A stretch of DNA of 64,000 nucleotides from Candidatus Latescibacterota bacterium. Its GTDB lineage: Bacteria > Latescibacterota > UBA2968 > UBA8231. The position numbers and the translations under genes were made by a program. The first letter of the stretch is position 1. Each line of letters opens with the position of its first letter. Positions 10,143 to 19,838 of this stretch are shown in pieces. The stretch lies in contig OZ241362.1 of the NCBI GenBank assembly GCA_965200315.1, forward strand, positions 544,001 to 608,000, given 5' to 3'. The notes beneath the pieces are model-generated. The model was not told the origin of the DNA. It did no database searches and worked only from the letters and a program-made list of their open reading frames with translations.

Positions 10143-11063
10143 TCACTTAGTAACGCCCTCAAAGGCCAGCCGCCACATGGGCGTACTCATGTACTTGTCG
10201 CCGCCATCGCAAAATATCGTCACCACCACCCCCGTATCTATCTGGCGAGCAACTTCCAGCGCGGCCCAATAGGCTCCTCCCGAAGACTGGCCAACGAGAA
10301 TCCCCTTCTCGACCGGCAGCCGCAGTGCAGTATCATAAGCATCATCGGTATCTATCGGTATCTTGTAGTCGAGGAGCGTCTCGTCATAGATACCAGGGAC
10401 AATTGAACTTTCCATGTGCTTAAGGCCCTCAATGCCGTGAAACGGCTCGGCTGGCTCAGCAGCAATGATCTGGATTGCCGGATTGAACTTCCTAAGACCT
10501 CGACCGGTGCCCATCAGCGTCCCGCTAGTACCGATAGTGGCGACAAAATGAGTGACGTGGCCTTGGGTCTGCTCCCAGATTTCGGGCGCAGTAGTGTCGC
10601 GATGGGCGTACCAATTCGCGGGATTATTGTATTGGTCGGGCTTGAAGTACTGGTCGGGATCGGCTTCGTATATTCGCCGCGCTTCCCGTATGGCCCCATC
10701 GGAAAGCTCCCCCGGATCAGTGTACACCACTTCGGCACCATAGGCAGCGAGAATGGCCTTGCGCTCGCGGCTGACATTGGCCGGCATAGCCAATTTTACC
10801 CTATAGCCTTTGGCCGCGCCGATCATAGCGTAGGCAATGCCGGTATTTCCAGAAGTGGAGTCCAAAATGACCTTGCCCGCCCCCAGCGACCCGTCCTGCT
10901 CGCCATCCTCAATCATCCGCCGCGCCGGTCGGTCCTTGACCGACCCCCCAGGGTTGAAAAATTCCAGCTTGGCATACACTTTCACCTGCGGTGGAATCGC
11001 CGGATCCCTCAGCCGCAAAAGCGGCGTATTACCAATCTGTTCGACGACCGATAGGCCAGCCAC
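10143..11063 (-). CDS. cysM: Cysteine synthase B-like (CysM), probably carrier-dependent
   Basis: NPGGSVKDR, DSTSGNTG, GTSGT motifs; adjacent to mec and moaD. Confidence 0.85.
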   Translation of the reverse strand: MAGLSVVEQIGNTPLLRLRDPAIPPQVKVYAKLEFFNPGGSVKDRPARRMIEDGEQDGSLGAGKVILDSTSGNTGIAYAMIGAAKGYRVKLAMPANVSRERKAILAAYGAEVVYTDPGELSDGAIREARRIYEADPDQYFKPDQYNNPANWYAHRDTTAPEIWEQTQGHVTHFVATIGTSGTLMGTGRGLRKFNPAIQIIAAEPAEPFHGIEGLKHMESSIVPGIYDETLLDYKIPIDTDDAYDTALRLPVEKGILVGQSSGGAYWAALEVARQIDTGVVVTIFCDGGDKYMSTPMWRLAFEGVTK

Positions 11064-11125
11064 AAAAATCTCCCCTCACGATTAAAAGAACCAAAATCCA
11101 CCATGTCAACCAACCCCGTCCTTTC

Positions 11126-11154
11126 TTGACACCCTTGAAGCTACCTTCTACCTT
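11126..11154 (+). promoter_or_regulatory. Putative sigma70 promoter of aspS
   Basis: TTGACA-N17-TACCTT. Confidence 0.5.
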
Positions 11155-11202
11155 ATTTTTTCCCATCTAAAATCCAATTTTATCATTATTTAGGTGTAAC
11201 TT

Positions 11203-12987
11203 ATGGAAGAACCGAGCGCAGGCTTGGGCGACTGGGAGCGTACACACGACTGCGGCACCCTCACGGACAAAGATATCGGTCAACGCGTATTGCTAATGGG
11301 CTGGGTCTGGCGCCGCCGCGACCACGGCGGCGTTATTTTTATCGACCTCCGCGACCGCTACGGCATTACCCAAATCGTCTTCAACCCGCAGCGCGGCCCC
11401 ACTGCCTACCAGCAGGCCGACCACTTGCGCAGCGAGTACGTCATCGCCGTACAAGGCGAAGTCGAGGCCCGCCCTGAAGGCATGGTCAATCCGCAGTTGC
11501 CCACCGGAGCGATTGAAGTAAACTGCGATCAGCTTCGCCTCCTCAACCGCTGTCAGACCCCTCCTTTTCTCATCGAAGATCAAACCGACGCTGGAGAGGA
11601 AATTCGGCTCAAGTATCGCTATCTGGACCTGCGTCGGCCTCGTATCCAAGGCAATTTGCTACTTAGGCACCGGGGCTATCAGATCGTGCGCCACCTGCTC
11701 GACCAGCGAGGCTTCATCGAAGTTGAAACTCCGTTTCTGACCAAGAGCACCCCCGAAGGGGCCCGAGATTACCTCGTCCCCAGCCGAGTCCATCCCGGAC
11801 GTTTTTTCGCGCTGCCCCAATCACCTCAAACCTATAAACAGCTCTTGATGATCGCCGGCTACGACCGCTACTTCCAGATCGTCAAGTGCTTCCGCGACGA
11901 GGATTTGCGTGCCGATCGCCAGCCCGAATTTACCCAAATCGACATCGAAATGGCCTTCGTGCGCGAGGATCACGTCATGGCTATTGCCGAGGATATAACC
12001 CGCGCCCTCTTTGCTGAGTTACGCCAAATCGAGTTACCTAATCCCTTTCCGCGACTCACTTATCGCCAAGCCATGGAGCACTTCGGCTCCGACAAACCCG
12101 ACCTGCGCTTCGGCCTAGAGATCAAAGATGTAGCGACAGCAGCGCGCGCTTCCCAATTCCAAGTCTTTCATTCCTCGCTTGACAGTGGTGGTCGAGTCAA
12201 AGGCATAAATGCTAAGGGCTGCAGTGGATTCTCACGTGGACAAATCGACGATTTAATCGCCTTCGCCCAAGGATTGGGAGCCAAGGGTCTTAGTTGGATC
12301 AAACACACTGACGCCGGCCTTGAATCCTCCATCGTCAAGTTCTTCCCCCAAACGGCTCAAGCCCTGTTGATCGAGACCCTCGAATCCGCCCCTGGCGACC
12401 TAATGCTTTTTGTCGCCGACCAGCCCAAGCAGGTCGCCCGGATACTCGGAGCACTGCGCTTGGAACTGGCTCAGCGTCTCTCATTAGTACCCGAGGATTC
12501 TTGGCAACCCCTTTGGATCAGCCAATTCCCACTGCTAGAGCGCGATGAGGAAGTCGACCGCTTTACAGCCGTACACCATCCCTTCACAGCTCCCTTAGAA
12601 GAGGACTTCGCCCTATTGGATAGCGCCCCTGCCGATGCTAGGGCGCGAGCCTATGACTTGGTCCTCAACGGCAATGAAATTGCCGGGGGCAGCATGCGAA
12701 TTTTTCAGCGCCCAGTACAAGCCCGTCTCTTTCAACTCTTAGAAATCGGCACCGAAGAAGCCGCGGCCAAATTCGGTTTCCTGCTCGAAGCACTTGACTA
12801 CGGAGCCCCGCCACACGGTGGTATTGCCTTTGGCTTTGACCGGCTGATCGCCTTGCTCGCCAACGAGGATTCAATCCGCGAAGTCATCGCCTTCCCCAAG
12901 ACCAATAAGGCCGTGGGCTTGATGGAAAACGCCCCTTCTTCTGTCGATTTGGGCCAGTTGCGCGAATTGGGTATTCGGTCTGCTTGA
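11203..12987 (+). CDS. aspS: Aspartate-tRNA ligase
   Basis: RRDHGG, FRDEDLRADRQPEFTQ, GAPPHGGIAFGFDR. Confidence 0.97.
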   Translation: MEEPSAGLGDWERTHDCGTLTDKDIGQRVLLMGWVWRRRDHGGVIFIDLRDRYGITQIVFNPQRGPTAYQQADHLRSEYVIAVQGEVEARPEGMVNPQLPTGAIEVNCDQLRLLNRCQTPPFLIEDQTDAGEEIRLKYRYLDLRRPRIQGNLLLRHRGYQIVRHLLDQRGFIEVETPFLTKSTPEGARDYLVPSRVHPGRFFALPQSPQTYKQLLMIAGYDRYFQIVKCFRDEDLRADRQPEFTQIDIEMAFVREDHVMAIAEDITRALFAELRQIELPNPFPRLTYRQAMEHFGSDKPDLRFGLEIKDVATAARASQFQVFHSSLDSGGRVKGINAKGCSGFSRGQIDDLIAFAQGLGAKGLSWIKHTDAGLESSIVKFFPQTAQALLIETLESAPGDLMLFVADQPKQVARILGALRLELAQRLSLVPEDSWQPLWISQFPLLERDEEVDRFTAVHHPFTAPLEEDFALLDSAPADARARAYDLVLNGNEIAGGSMRIFQRPVQARLFQLLEIGTEEAAAKFGFLLEALDYGAPPHGGIAFGFDRLIALLANEDSIREVIAFPKTNKAVGLMENAPSSVDLGQLRELGIRSA

Positions 12988-13023
12988 AAACTTACAAGTA
13001 GGGTAGATTTTCACTTGTTCTGC

Positions 13024-13051
13024 TTGACATCCATTCTAGGTCGCCTATATT
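13024..13051 (+). promoter_or_regulatory. Putative sigma70 promoter
   Basis: TTGACA-N16-TATATT upstream of the lipoprotein/LysM genes. Confidence 0.5.
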
Positions 13052-13126
13052 TGTGGCCATATCCCGTATTTGATGTAAAATAGAATTGCTGTTTGATCCT
13101 TTAAGCTTAGGTGGAGGAACTACTTA

Positions 13127-13411
13127 ATGAGCTATCTTTCCACTTTATCCAATTTGAGATACTCAGGCGTCGCCTTGGCGGTAGTAATTCTGTCGCTCGT
13201 GGCTAGCTGTTCGCGTGTTCCGTCGCAGGAGGACATGGAATACCTAGAACAACAGCGCCAAGCCACTCTGGCCGCCGAAGTAAAAGTAACCGAGTTACAG
13301 GACGCAAAAGCACAGCTCGAGCGCGAACTCGCCGAGCGGCAAGCCACCAAAAAAGCACTAGAAGAAAAGCTAGTCGCTACTAAGAACAACCTCGCCAACC
13401 AAGGCAAATAA
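13127..13411 (+). CDS. Small coiled-coil lipoprotein
   Basis: Lipobox LVASC followed by a coiled coil; GGAGG RBS. Confidence 0.7.
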   Translation: MSYLSTLSNLRYSGVALAVVILSLVASCSRVPSQEDMEYLEQQRQATLAAEVKVTELQDAKAQLERELAERQATKKALEEKLVATKNNLANQGK

Positions 13412-13425
13412 GAAAGGGTCTGACC

Positions 13426-14256
13426 ATGAAGAAGTTGTCCGTTGGTGGGTTGGCTTTAGCATTGCTAGTCCTAGCGAGCGGAAACATCTCTGCTCAAGAG
13501 CAGACGATGACCTGTGAGGAGTACATGGCTCTGGGGAACGAGCTCGTCAACCGCGAAATTGCAGCCAGCACCCAGATCGAAGAGCTAAACGCCCAGCTTG
13601 AAGTGCTTAATATGCAGATTGCCCAACTCGACCGGGCCAACGCCGACCTCAATGCCCAAATCCTCGCAACAATCGGCCACTCCGAATCCGAAGTTATGGC
13701 CTTTGGGCGCGAACTCGACGCTATTATCGCCCAACTCGAAGGACTAATGGCACTAGCTCCAGAAGTGCTCATTATGCGGCGCGGTGAGGTCACCTCTATC
13801 GATTCCCAAGTCGCCGAGCTCAAGCAAAGCAACATAGCCGCCCTGCCCGAAATGATGGACAAGCTATCTATCATCGACCAGATGCTCGCCGAGCTCAAAG
13901 CGCGCGTAGCTCAACCCGTGGTCGTTGACTACAAGGTCGAGCGGGGAGACAACTTGTGGAATATCTCCAAAAAAGAACAAATCTACGACGATCCCTATAT
14001 GTGGCCCCGCATCTACCGAAAGAATAAGGATCAAATCAAAGACCCGGATTTAATCTACCCCAACCAAGTCTTGGGCGTACCGTTCGGGGTAGCCGAAAAT
14101 CAGTATTTGGTCACCCGAGGAGACTTCCTCTTCAAAATTGCCGCCGAACTTTACAACAACGCCGGCAAATGGCATAAAATCTACGAGGCCAACAAGCAGC
14201 AAATCGTCGCGCCCGATATGATTTTTCCTGCTCAAGTCCTCGAAATCCCCAAGTAA
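13426..14256 (+). CDS. Secreted coiled-coil protein with two LysM domains
   Basis: YKVERGDNLWNIS...W..IY..N...I..PDLIYP and a second LysM copy. Confidence 0.88.
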   Translation: MKKLSVGGLALALLVLASGNISAQEQTMTCEEYMALGNELVNREIAASTQIEELNAQLEVLNMQIAQLDRANADLNAQILATIGHSESEVMAFGRELDAIIAQLEGLMALAPEVLIMRRGEVTSIDSQVAELKQSNIAALPEMMDKLSIIDQMLAELKARVAQPVVVDYKVERGDNLWNISKKEQIYDDPYMWPRIYRKNKDQIKDPDLIYPNQVLGVPFGVAENQYLVTRGDFLFKIAAELYNNAGKWHKIYEANKQQIVAPDMIFPAQVLEIPK

Positions 14257-14292
14257 TTACAACCTACTTGATTTAAATACGTTTCAAGACTT

Positions 14293-14343
14293 AAAGGGGT
14301 TTGATCCTTCCGGGTTTGAGGGGAGGATTTCAAACCCCTTTTT
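14293..14343 (+). terminator. Rho-independent terminator
   Basis: AAAGGGGTTTGA...TCAAACCCCTTTTT stem followed by a U-tract. Confidence 0.7.
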
Positions 14344-14365
14344 GTATTTCTGTCCAGCTACCACT

Positions 14366-15322
14366 ATGAAGGACATTTCTATCGCCGGCATTGATCGCCG
14401 CTCTCTCTTCGGGCGCAACGATCAACACTTGGCTCATCTTGAAGAGAGATACGGCATTCGCTTAGTCGCCCGCGGCGACAAGATCACGATTAAGGGATCC
14501 GATGCCTCGGTGCGCGAGGCCGATAGCTTCCTCAGGCCCCTCATAAAACGTATGCGCCACGGTCCGCCCATTGAAGCAGCCGAGCTAGAGAACTTGATTC
14601 ACTGTAGCTCGATTCTGCCTAAGAGCGACCACAGCACTCTCTCAAACTCCGTAGCCTATACCTATAAGACGGCCATCTATGCCCGCACCGAAGGCCAAAC
14701 GAAATATCTCGCAGCTATCGACAACAACGACGTGGTCTTCGGCATCGGCCCAGCTGGCACCGGCAAGACGTATCTTGCGGTGGCTATGGCTGTTGCTGCG
14801 CTGCGGCAGAAGCAAATATCTCGCATCCTGCTTGCTCGGCCCGCTGTCGAAGCTGGAGAGAAGCTCGGTTTTTTGCCTGGCTCTTTTGAGGATAAAGTCG
14901 ATCCCTACTTGCGCCCGCTCTACGACGCACTACAGGATCTCATGGAACCCGAGCGCCTGCGGCGGATGCAGGACATGAAAGTTGTCGAAGTCGTGCCGCT
15001 GGCCTACATGCGCGGCCGCACCCTCAACGACTCGTTTATTATTCTCGACGAAGCCCAAAATACTACACCACAGCAGATGAAGATGTTTCTCACTCGATTG
15101 GGCAGTCACTCAAAGGCCGTAGTTACTGGCGATATTACCCAAACTGACCTCAGCGACGACCAGCCTTCGGGCTTGGTCGTAGCACCCAAAATTCTGACCG
15201 GGATCGCTGGCTTGGCCTTTGTTCGGCTCAACGAACGGGATGTGGTGCGCAACCCGCTCGTGCAGAAGATCATCAAAGCCTACGACAGCTATGAGGACGT
15301 TCACGACTCGTCCGATTCATGA
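14366..15322 (+). CDS. phoH: PhoH-family ATPase
   Basis: GPAGTGKT, YMRGRTL, DEAQN, TGD motifs. Confidence 0.95.
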   Translation: MKDISIAGIDRRSLFGRNDQHLAHLEERYGIRLVARGDKITIKGSDASVREADSFLRPLIKRMRHGPPIEAAELENLIHCSSILPKSDHSTLSNSVAYTYKTAIYARTEGQTKYLAAIDNNDVVFGIGPAGTGKTYLAVAMAVAALRQKQISRILLARPAVEAGEKLGFLPGSFEDKVDPYLRPLYDALQDLMEPERLRRMQDMKVVEVVPLAYMRGRTLNDSFIILDEAQNTTPQQMKMFLTRLGSHSKAVVTGDITQTDLSDDQPSGLVVAPKILTGIAGLAFVRLNERDVVRNPLVQKIIKAYDSYEDVHDSSDS

Positions 15323-17559
15323 ACGCGCTTAAATTCAAGTGGTTTGGCTTCAAACGCCACAGTAATCAGCCCCAACCTTGGCACCCGCATGGCTCGCGGG
15401 TGTTCCACGTCGCCTTGGCAGGCTTAGTCATCGGCCTGCTCACCTATCTATCGCCTTACCAACGTCCCTACAACGTTGCTCAGCTACGCGTCGGCAGCGT
15501 CGCTCAAGAGCGCATCGAGGCTCCTTTTCTCTTTAACGTGCCCAAAAGCGATGCCGAATTGGAGCGCGAACGACAAGCAGCCAGCGCCGAGATACCCACT
15601 ATTTTGTACCGCGATCCCCTAATTCAGGAGCAGCAGCTAGCTCAGTTAGACTCGGTCTTTGCAGTAATGATTCCAAGGATCCGGGTCCAGATGGCCAACT
15701 CCTTCAAGCAACGCGAACTCCAACGCGTGCTCCCTCAAGTCGTAGGTTCGCTCTCGCTCGATGCGCTTTCGACCCTCATCGACCTCCTCTCCACAGCCAG
15801 TGAACCTTATGTACACGATTTCCAAGCCATCTGTCGGCAGATTCTGGCCAATTACTACACTGCGGGCATCATCGCCTCCAAACAACCGATCCTCCTAAGC
15901 CCTTCGACCCAAGTCCGCCTCGGAGATCGGGAACAGCACATAGAAACCCTCTATAGCGAAGAAAAGCTCAAACAAGGCGAATTAATCTCTCACATCCAAA
16001 CGTACCACACGATTGCCGACCGCAATGCCGTCCAAGCTGTACACGAGTTGTTAAGCCTCTTTGTAGTTCCCAATCTAACCATTGACGAGCCGGAGACCGC
16101 CCGCCTCAGGGACGCGGCGCGGCGTGGCGTGGCCAGCATCAAGCGGATCTATGCCCAAAACGACCTCATCATCGACAAAAATGCCACCGTCACCGAGGAG
16201 CACGTCGATGCACTCGACGCACTGGCCGCCCGCATCGCCCAAGATCAATCTCAGCATCCGATTAAGCGCCTGATTCAAGTGGCTGCGGCCGCGACGATTT
16301 CCGGACTCCTGATCTTCGTCTTCGGCTACTTCCTCGCCACGCACGAACGCGCTGTTTTTGACCATCCCGGCCAACTCTTCCTCTTAGCCATCCTGACCGC
16401 TGCCACAGCTATCGCGGCCTCCTATATCAAAACGCACGACCTTTCTCCCTACTGGGTGCCAATCCCTCTCGCCGCCATGCTAGCAACGATTCTGCTAACG
16501 CCACAAATTGGCTTAGTGCTCTCGTTTGTGCTCGCGCTTTTTGTCGGCAACCTCTTCGCCGACTTCTACGTAGTCATAATCTGCGCCCTAACAGCGGCCA
16601 TCGCCGTCTATGCGGTGAGACACGTGCGCCACCGCAATCAGTTCTACCGGCCCATGATCTTCCTGCCGATTTCTTACGCCTTGCTCATCGCGGCGGCGGA
16701 TTTATTGCGCTTCTTTCCGGTCGAACAGATATACGATCATATTCTGCCCGGGATTGTCATTGGAGCGGCCGCCCCCATCCTCACCATCGGCCTGCTGCCG
16801 ATCTTTGAAAGTCTCTTCCACATCACCACGGACATCACCCTGCTGGAACTATCGGATCCCAATCGGACCTTGCTCCGCCAATTGGCTGTCCGGGCACCGG
16901 GAACCTATACTCACAGCTTGATTATGGCCAACCTCTCCGAGAGCGCCGCCGAGGCCATTGCCGCTAATCCGCTCTTGGCCCGCGTCGGCTGTTATTACCA
17001 CGACATCGGCAAGGTGAACAAGCCAGAGTACTTCAGCGAAAATCAGGGACTGCAAGGTGGACGCAATCCCCATGATCGTCTGATGCCCTACCTGAGCATG
17101 CTCATCATCGCCTCGCACATCCGCGAGGGGCTCGAGTTGGCCGAGGAACACGGCCTTCCCCAATCTATTTGCGATCTGATCGCCCAGCACCATGGCACCA
17201 CCGTCATTGAGTACTTTTACGAGCGTGCCGTAGAATTGGGCGACCAAAGCGTGCGCGAGGAAGATTTTAGGTACCATGGTCCCAAGCCCCAGACCAAAGA
17301 GGCCGGCATCCTGATGTTGGCCGACTCGGTCGAAGCGGCGGCCCGCACCCTCGCCGAGCGCACTCCCAGCCGGATGCGCCAGTTAGTACACAAAATTATC
17401 CAGCAGAAATTCACCGCTGGCGAACTCGACGAGTGTGCGCTGACCCTGCGGGATTTGCTCAAAATAGAGGACAGCTTCATCCGCGTGCTGATGGGCGTCC
17501 TCCACAGCCGAATGGCATACCCTTGGCAGAAGGCCAATCGCAGATGGCAGACCGTCTAG
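15319..17559 (+). CDS. 7TM-HD membrane phosphohydrolase (PgpH-like)
   Basis: Multiple TM helices, then APGTYTHS, YYHDIGK, HHGT, LADSVEAA. Confidence 0.9.
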   Translation: MNALKFKWFGFKRHSNQPQPWHPHGSRVFHVALAGLVIGLLTYLSPYQRPYNVAQLRVGSVAQERIEAPFLFNVPKSDAELERERQAASAEIPTILYRDPLIQEQQLAQLDSVFAVMIPRIRVQMANSFKQRELQRVLPQVVGSLSLDALSTLIDLLSTASEPYVHDFQAICRQILANYYTAGIIASKQPILLSPSTQVRLGDREQHIETLYSEEKLKQGELISHIQTYHTIADRNAVQAVHELLSLFVVPNLTIDEPETARLRDAARRGVASIKRIYAQNDLIIDKNATVTEEHVDALDALAARIAQDQSQHPIKRLIQVAAAATISGLLIFVFGYFLATHERAVFDHPGQLFLLAILTAATAIAASYIKTHDLSPYWVPIPLAAMLATILLTPQIGLVLSFVLALFVGNLFADFYVVIICALTAAIAVYAVRHVRHRNQFYRPMIFLPISYALLIAAADLLRFFPVEQIYDHILPGIVIGAAAPILTIGLLPIFESLFHITTDITLLELSDPNRTLLRQLAVRAPGTYTHSLIMANLSESAAEAIAANPLLARVGCYYHDIGKVNKPEYFSENQGLQGGRNPHDRLMPYLSMLIIASHIREGLELAEEHGLPQSICDLIAQHHGTTVIEYFYERAVELGDQSVREEDFRYHGPKPQTKEAGILMLADSVEAAARTLAERTPSRMRQLVHKIIQQKFTAGELDECALTLRDLLKIEDSFIRVLMGVLHSRMAYPWQKANRRWQTV

Positions 17560-17996
17560 CTAGCCCCCTCCACATAGTCCAAGACACGGGCCTAGTCCCG
17601 CTGCCGGCAGACGCGCTTGCATCCCTACATCACGTCGCCGCGCAGGTCGCTTACGCCCACACACTGCCGGACGCGATCCAGCTAGTCCTCATCAACGACG
17701 ACGACATGAGCAATCTCAACACCACCTATCGCAGCAAGGAGGGCACCACGGACGTCCTGTCTTTCGATTTAGGAACCATACCGGGTCAGAACAGCAGCGG
17801 CGAAGTGTACATTTCGCTGCCCCAAGCGCAGCGACAAGCCGCGGCACTCAGCGTCTCTCCCTTAGTGGAGCTAGCTCGCCTGTTGGTACACGGCCTATTA
17901 CACCTAGCCGGCTGGATACACGACACACCTGAGCAGCTAGACGCTATGGAACGCGAAACAGACCACTTTCTCACCGCAGCCTCCCTCTCCCCCTAA
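17544..17996 (+). CDS. ybeY: rRNA maturation endoribonuclease YbeY
   Basis: TDVLSF and HGLLHLAGWIH motif; conserved synteny with phoH. Confidence 0.92.
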   Translation: MADRLASPLHIVQDTGLVPLPADALASLHHVAAQVAYAHTLPDAIQLVLINDDDMSNLNTTYRSKEGTTDVLSFDLGTIPGQNSSGEVYISLPQAQRQAAALSVSPLVELARLLVHGLLHLAGWIHDTPEQLDAMERETDHFLTAASLSP

Positions 17997-18033
17997 GCGA
18001 CCTTGGCCGGCCGCTTTACCGAAAGGAGCCTTT

Positions 18034-19350
18034 TTGGAACCCCCGCAAGTTGACTTATCCTTGGTCGCATACGCCGCGCTGGTCGGCACAGTCAGCCTCG
18101 TCTGGCTCTTCGTGGTAGCCAGCTATGAGACAACCTTCGCCATTCTCTCCAAATCCGTGCTAGAGAAAATGGCCGAAAGCGGCGTATCCCATGCGTACGC
18201 CATGCTCCGCATCTACGAGCCGCGCCTGCGCCTGCGCCTGATGGCCCGCCTCGGTGAAGCCATCGGCGTCATCGTCCTCGCTCTCTTCCTGTTCTTTCTC
18301 TCACAGGCTCTCACCCTTCCGAGCTATATCTCCGCGGCCGTAGCCTTATTGGGTGCGCTAGGACTTTTTATGGTCGTGGCGACGCCGCGACGCATTCGCT
18401 TTGACGAAGAAGGCGACGAAGTACGCGTACCCATCGTCGCCTTAGCCTATGTGCCGGTACACGCTCTGCTCCTCCCCTTGACCAACCTCCTCGAGCTTCT
18501 CAGCAGCTTCGATTACAGCGACGAGGACTTCCGCGCGGAAAAGGAAGAAGAACTGCGTAGCATCGTCGAGTCAGAAGGCGAATCTGGCGTCCTAGAAGAA
18601 GGCGAGCGCGAGATGATTGAGGGCGTTTTTGGTTTCCACGACCGCATCGTCCGCGAAGTCATGATCCCCCGCGTCGATGTGGTTGCCATCGACCAATCGG
18701 CCTACTTGAAAGACTTGATCGATCTCATCCGGGACAAAGGGCACTCGCGCCTGCCCATTTACCGAGAAAGCCTCGACCACATCCAAGGGATCGTGTACGC
18801 CAAAGACCTGCTGCAGATATTGGTGTCCCATCCCGAAATCGATCTAGCGACGCCGATAAATCAACTACTGACCAGCCAGCAAGAGGACAATCTACGTTTT
18901 ACCCATGATCCTTATTACATCCCTGAGACCAAGAAAATCGACATCCTGCTCAACGACTTGAGAGCCAACAAAATTCGTCTCGCCATCGTCCTCGACGAAT
19001 ACGGCGGCACGGCTGGCTTGGTCACCACCGAAGACCTCGTCGAGGAAATCGTCGGGGAAATCCAAGACGAGTACGACGAAGAAGAAGCATTGCACCACTG
19101 GGAGGTCCCCGGCGAAATACTCATCGCCAATGCCCGCATCGACATAGACGATCTCAACAAGTTGCTTTCCACCGATCTGCCGAGGACGGGCTTTGAAACC
19201 CTCGGGGGATTTATCTACGACCACTTGGGGAGCATTCCCGCGGAGGGCTTAGCCTTCAAGGTAAACGATCTAGCGCTCGACATCCTCAAGGTGGAGGGCC
19301 AGCGCATCGCCCATGTCAAACTCCGGCGCTTGACACCCGTCGGCCATTGA
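18034..19350 (+). CDS. Hemolysin/CorC-family CBS-domain protein
   Basis: VREVMIPR, HSRLPIY, DEYGGTAGLVTTEDLVEEIVGEIQDEYD. Confidence 0.92.
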   Translation: MEPPQVDLSLVAYAALVGTVSLVWLFVVASYETTFAILSKSVLEKMAESGVSHAYAMLRIYEPRLRLRLMARLGEAIGVIVLALFLFFLSQALTLPSYISAAVALLGALGLFMVVATPRRIRFDEEGDEVRVPIVALAYVPVHALLLPLTNLLELLSSFDYSDEDFRAEKEEELRSIVESEGESGVLEEGEREMIEGVFGFHDRIVREVMIPRVDVVAIDQSAYLKDLIDLIRDKGHSRLPIYRESLDHIQGIVYAKDLLQILVSHPEIDLATPINQLLTSQQEDNLRFTHDPYYIPETKKIDILLNDLRANKIRLAIVLDEYGGTAGLVTTEDLVEEIVGEIQDEYDEEEALHHWEVPGEILIANARIDIDDLNKLLSTDLPRTGFETLGGFIYDHLGSIPAEGLAFKVNDLALDILKVEGQRIAHVKLRRLTPVGH

Positions 19351-19395
19351 GAGGGTTGCGCCCGCCTGCCCCATCCTTTATATTACATAGCTTGT

Positions 19396-19472
<77 letters not shown>

Positions 19473-19477
19473 CCTTT

Positions 19478-19509
19478 CAGGGAGCCGCAAGCGGCTCCCT
19501 GATTTTTTC
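19478..19509 (+). terminator. Terminator after the tRNA
   Basis: CAGGGAGCCGC-AA-GCGGCTCCCTG followed by a T-run. Confidence 0.75.
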
Positions 19510-19510
19510 T

Positions 19511-19837
19511 ATGCCTATCTACAATAAGGTTCCCGACAATCCCACCACTGCTCCGGCCGAGCGCATCCGCCTCGACGAGCGCTTCGTATCCTTGCTCGTC
19601 GCCGAAGACGCCCAAGATCGCCTTGAAGCCCAAGAGTTGCGCCAGCTCGTCCATCGCGCCCTCCAATCCCTTTCCGACGACGAGATGCGCGTTATTCAAC
19701 TCCGCTATCAATACAAAAAATCGCCCGGACAAGTCGCAGCGCGCCTAGGCATTTCTCGCGACGCAATGGCTGCGCTTGAGCAGAACGGGTTAGAAAAATT
19801 GCGCCAAGGGCTCGCGGATTGGCACCGAGGCATCTGA
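19511..19837 (+). CDS. Small protein consisting mainly of a sigma-70 region 4 HTH
   Basis: ALQSLSDDEMRVIQLRY...SPGQVAARLGISR...LEQNGLEKLR. Confidence 0.7.
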   Translation: MPIYNKVPDNPTTAPAERIRLDERFVSLLVAEDAQDRLEAQELRQLVHRALQSLSDDEMRVIQLRYQYKKSPGQVAARLGISRDAMAALEQNGLEKLRQGLADWHRGI

Positions 19838-19838
19838 A

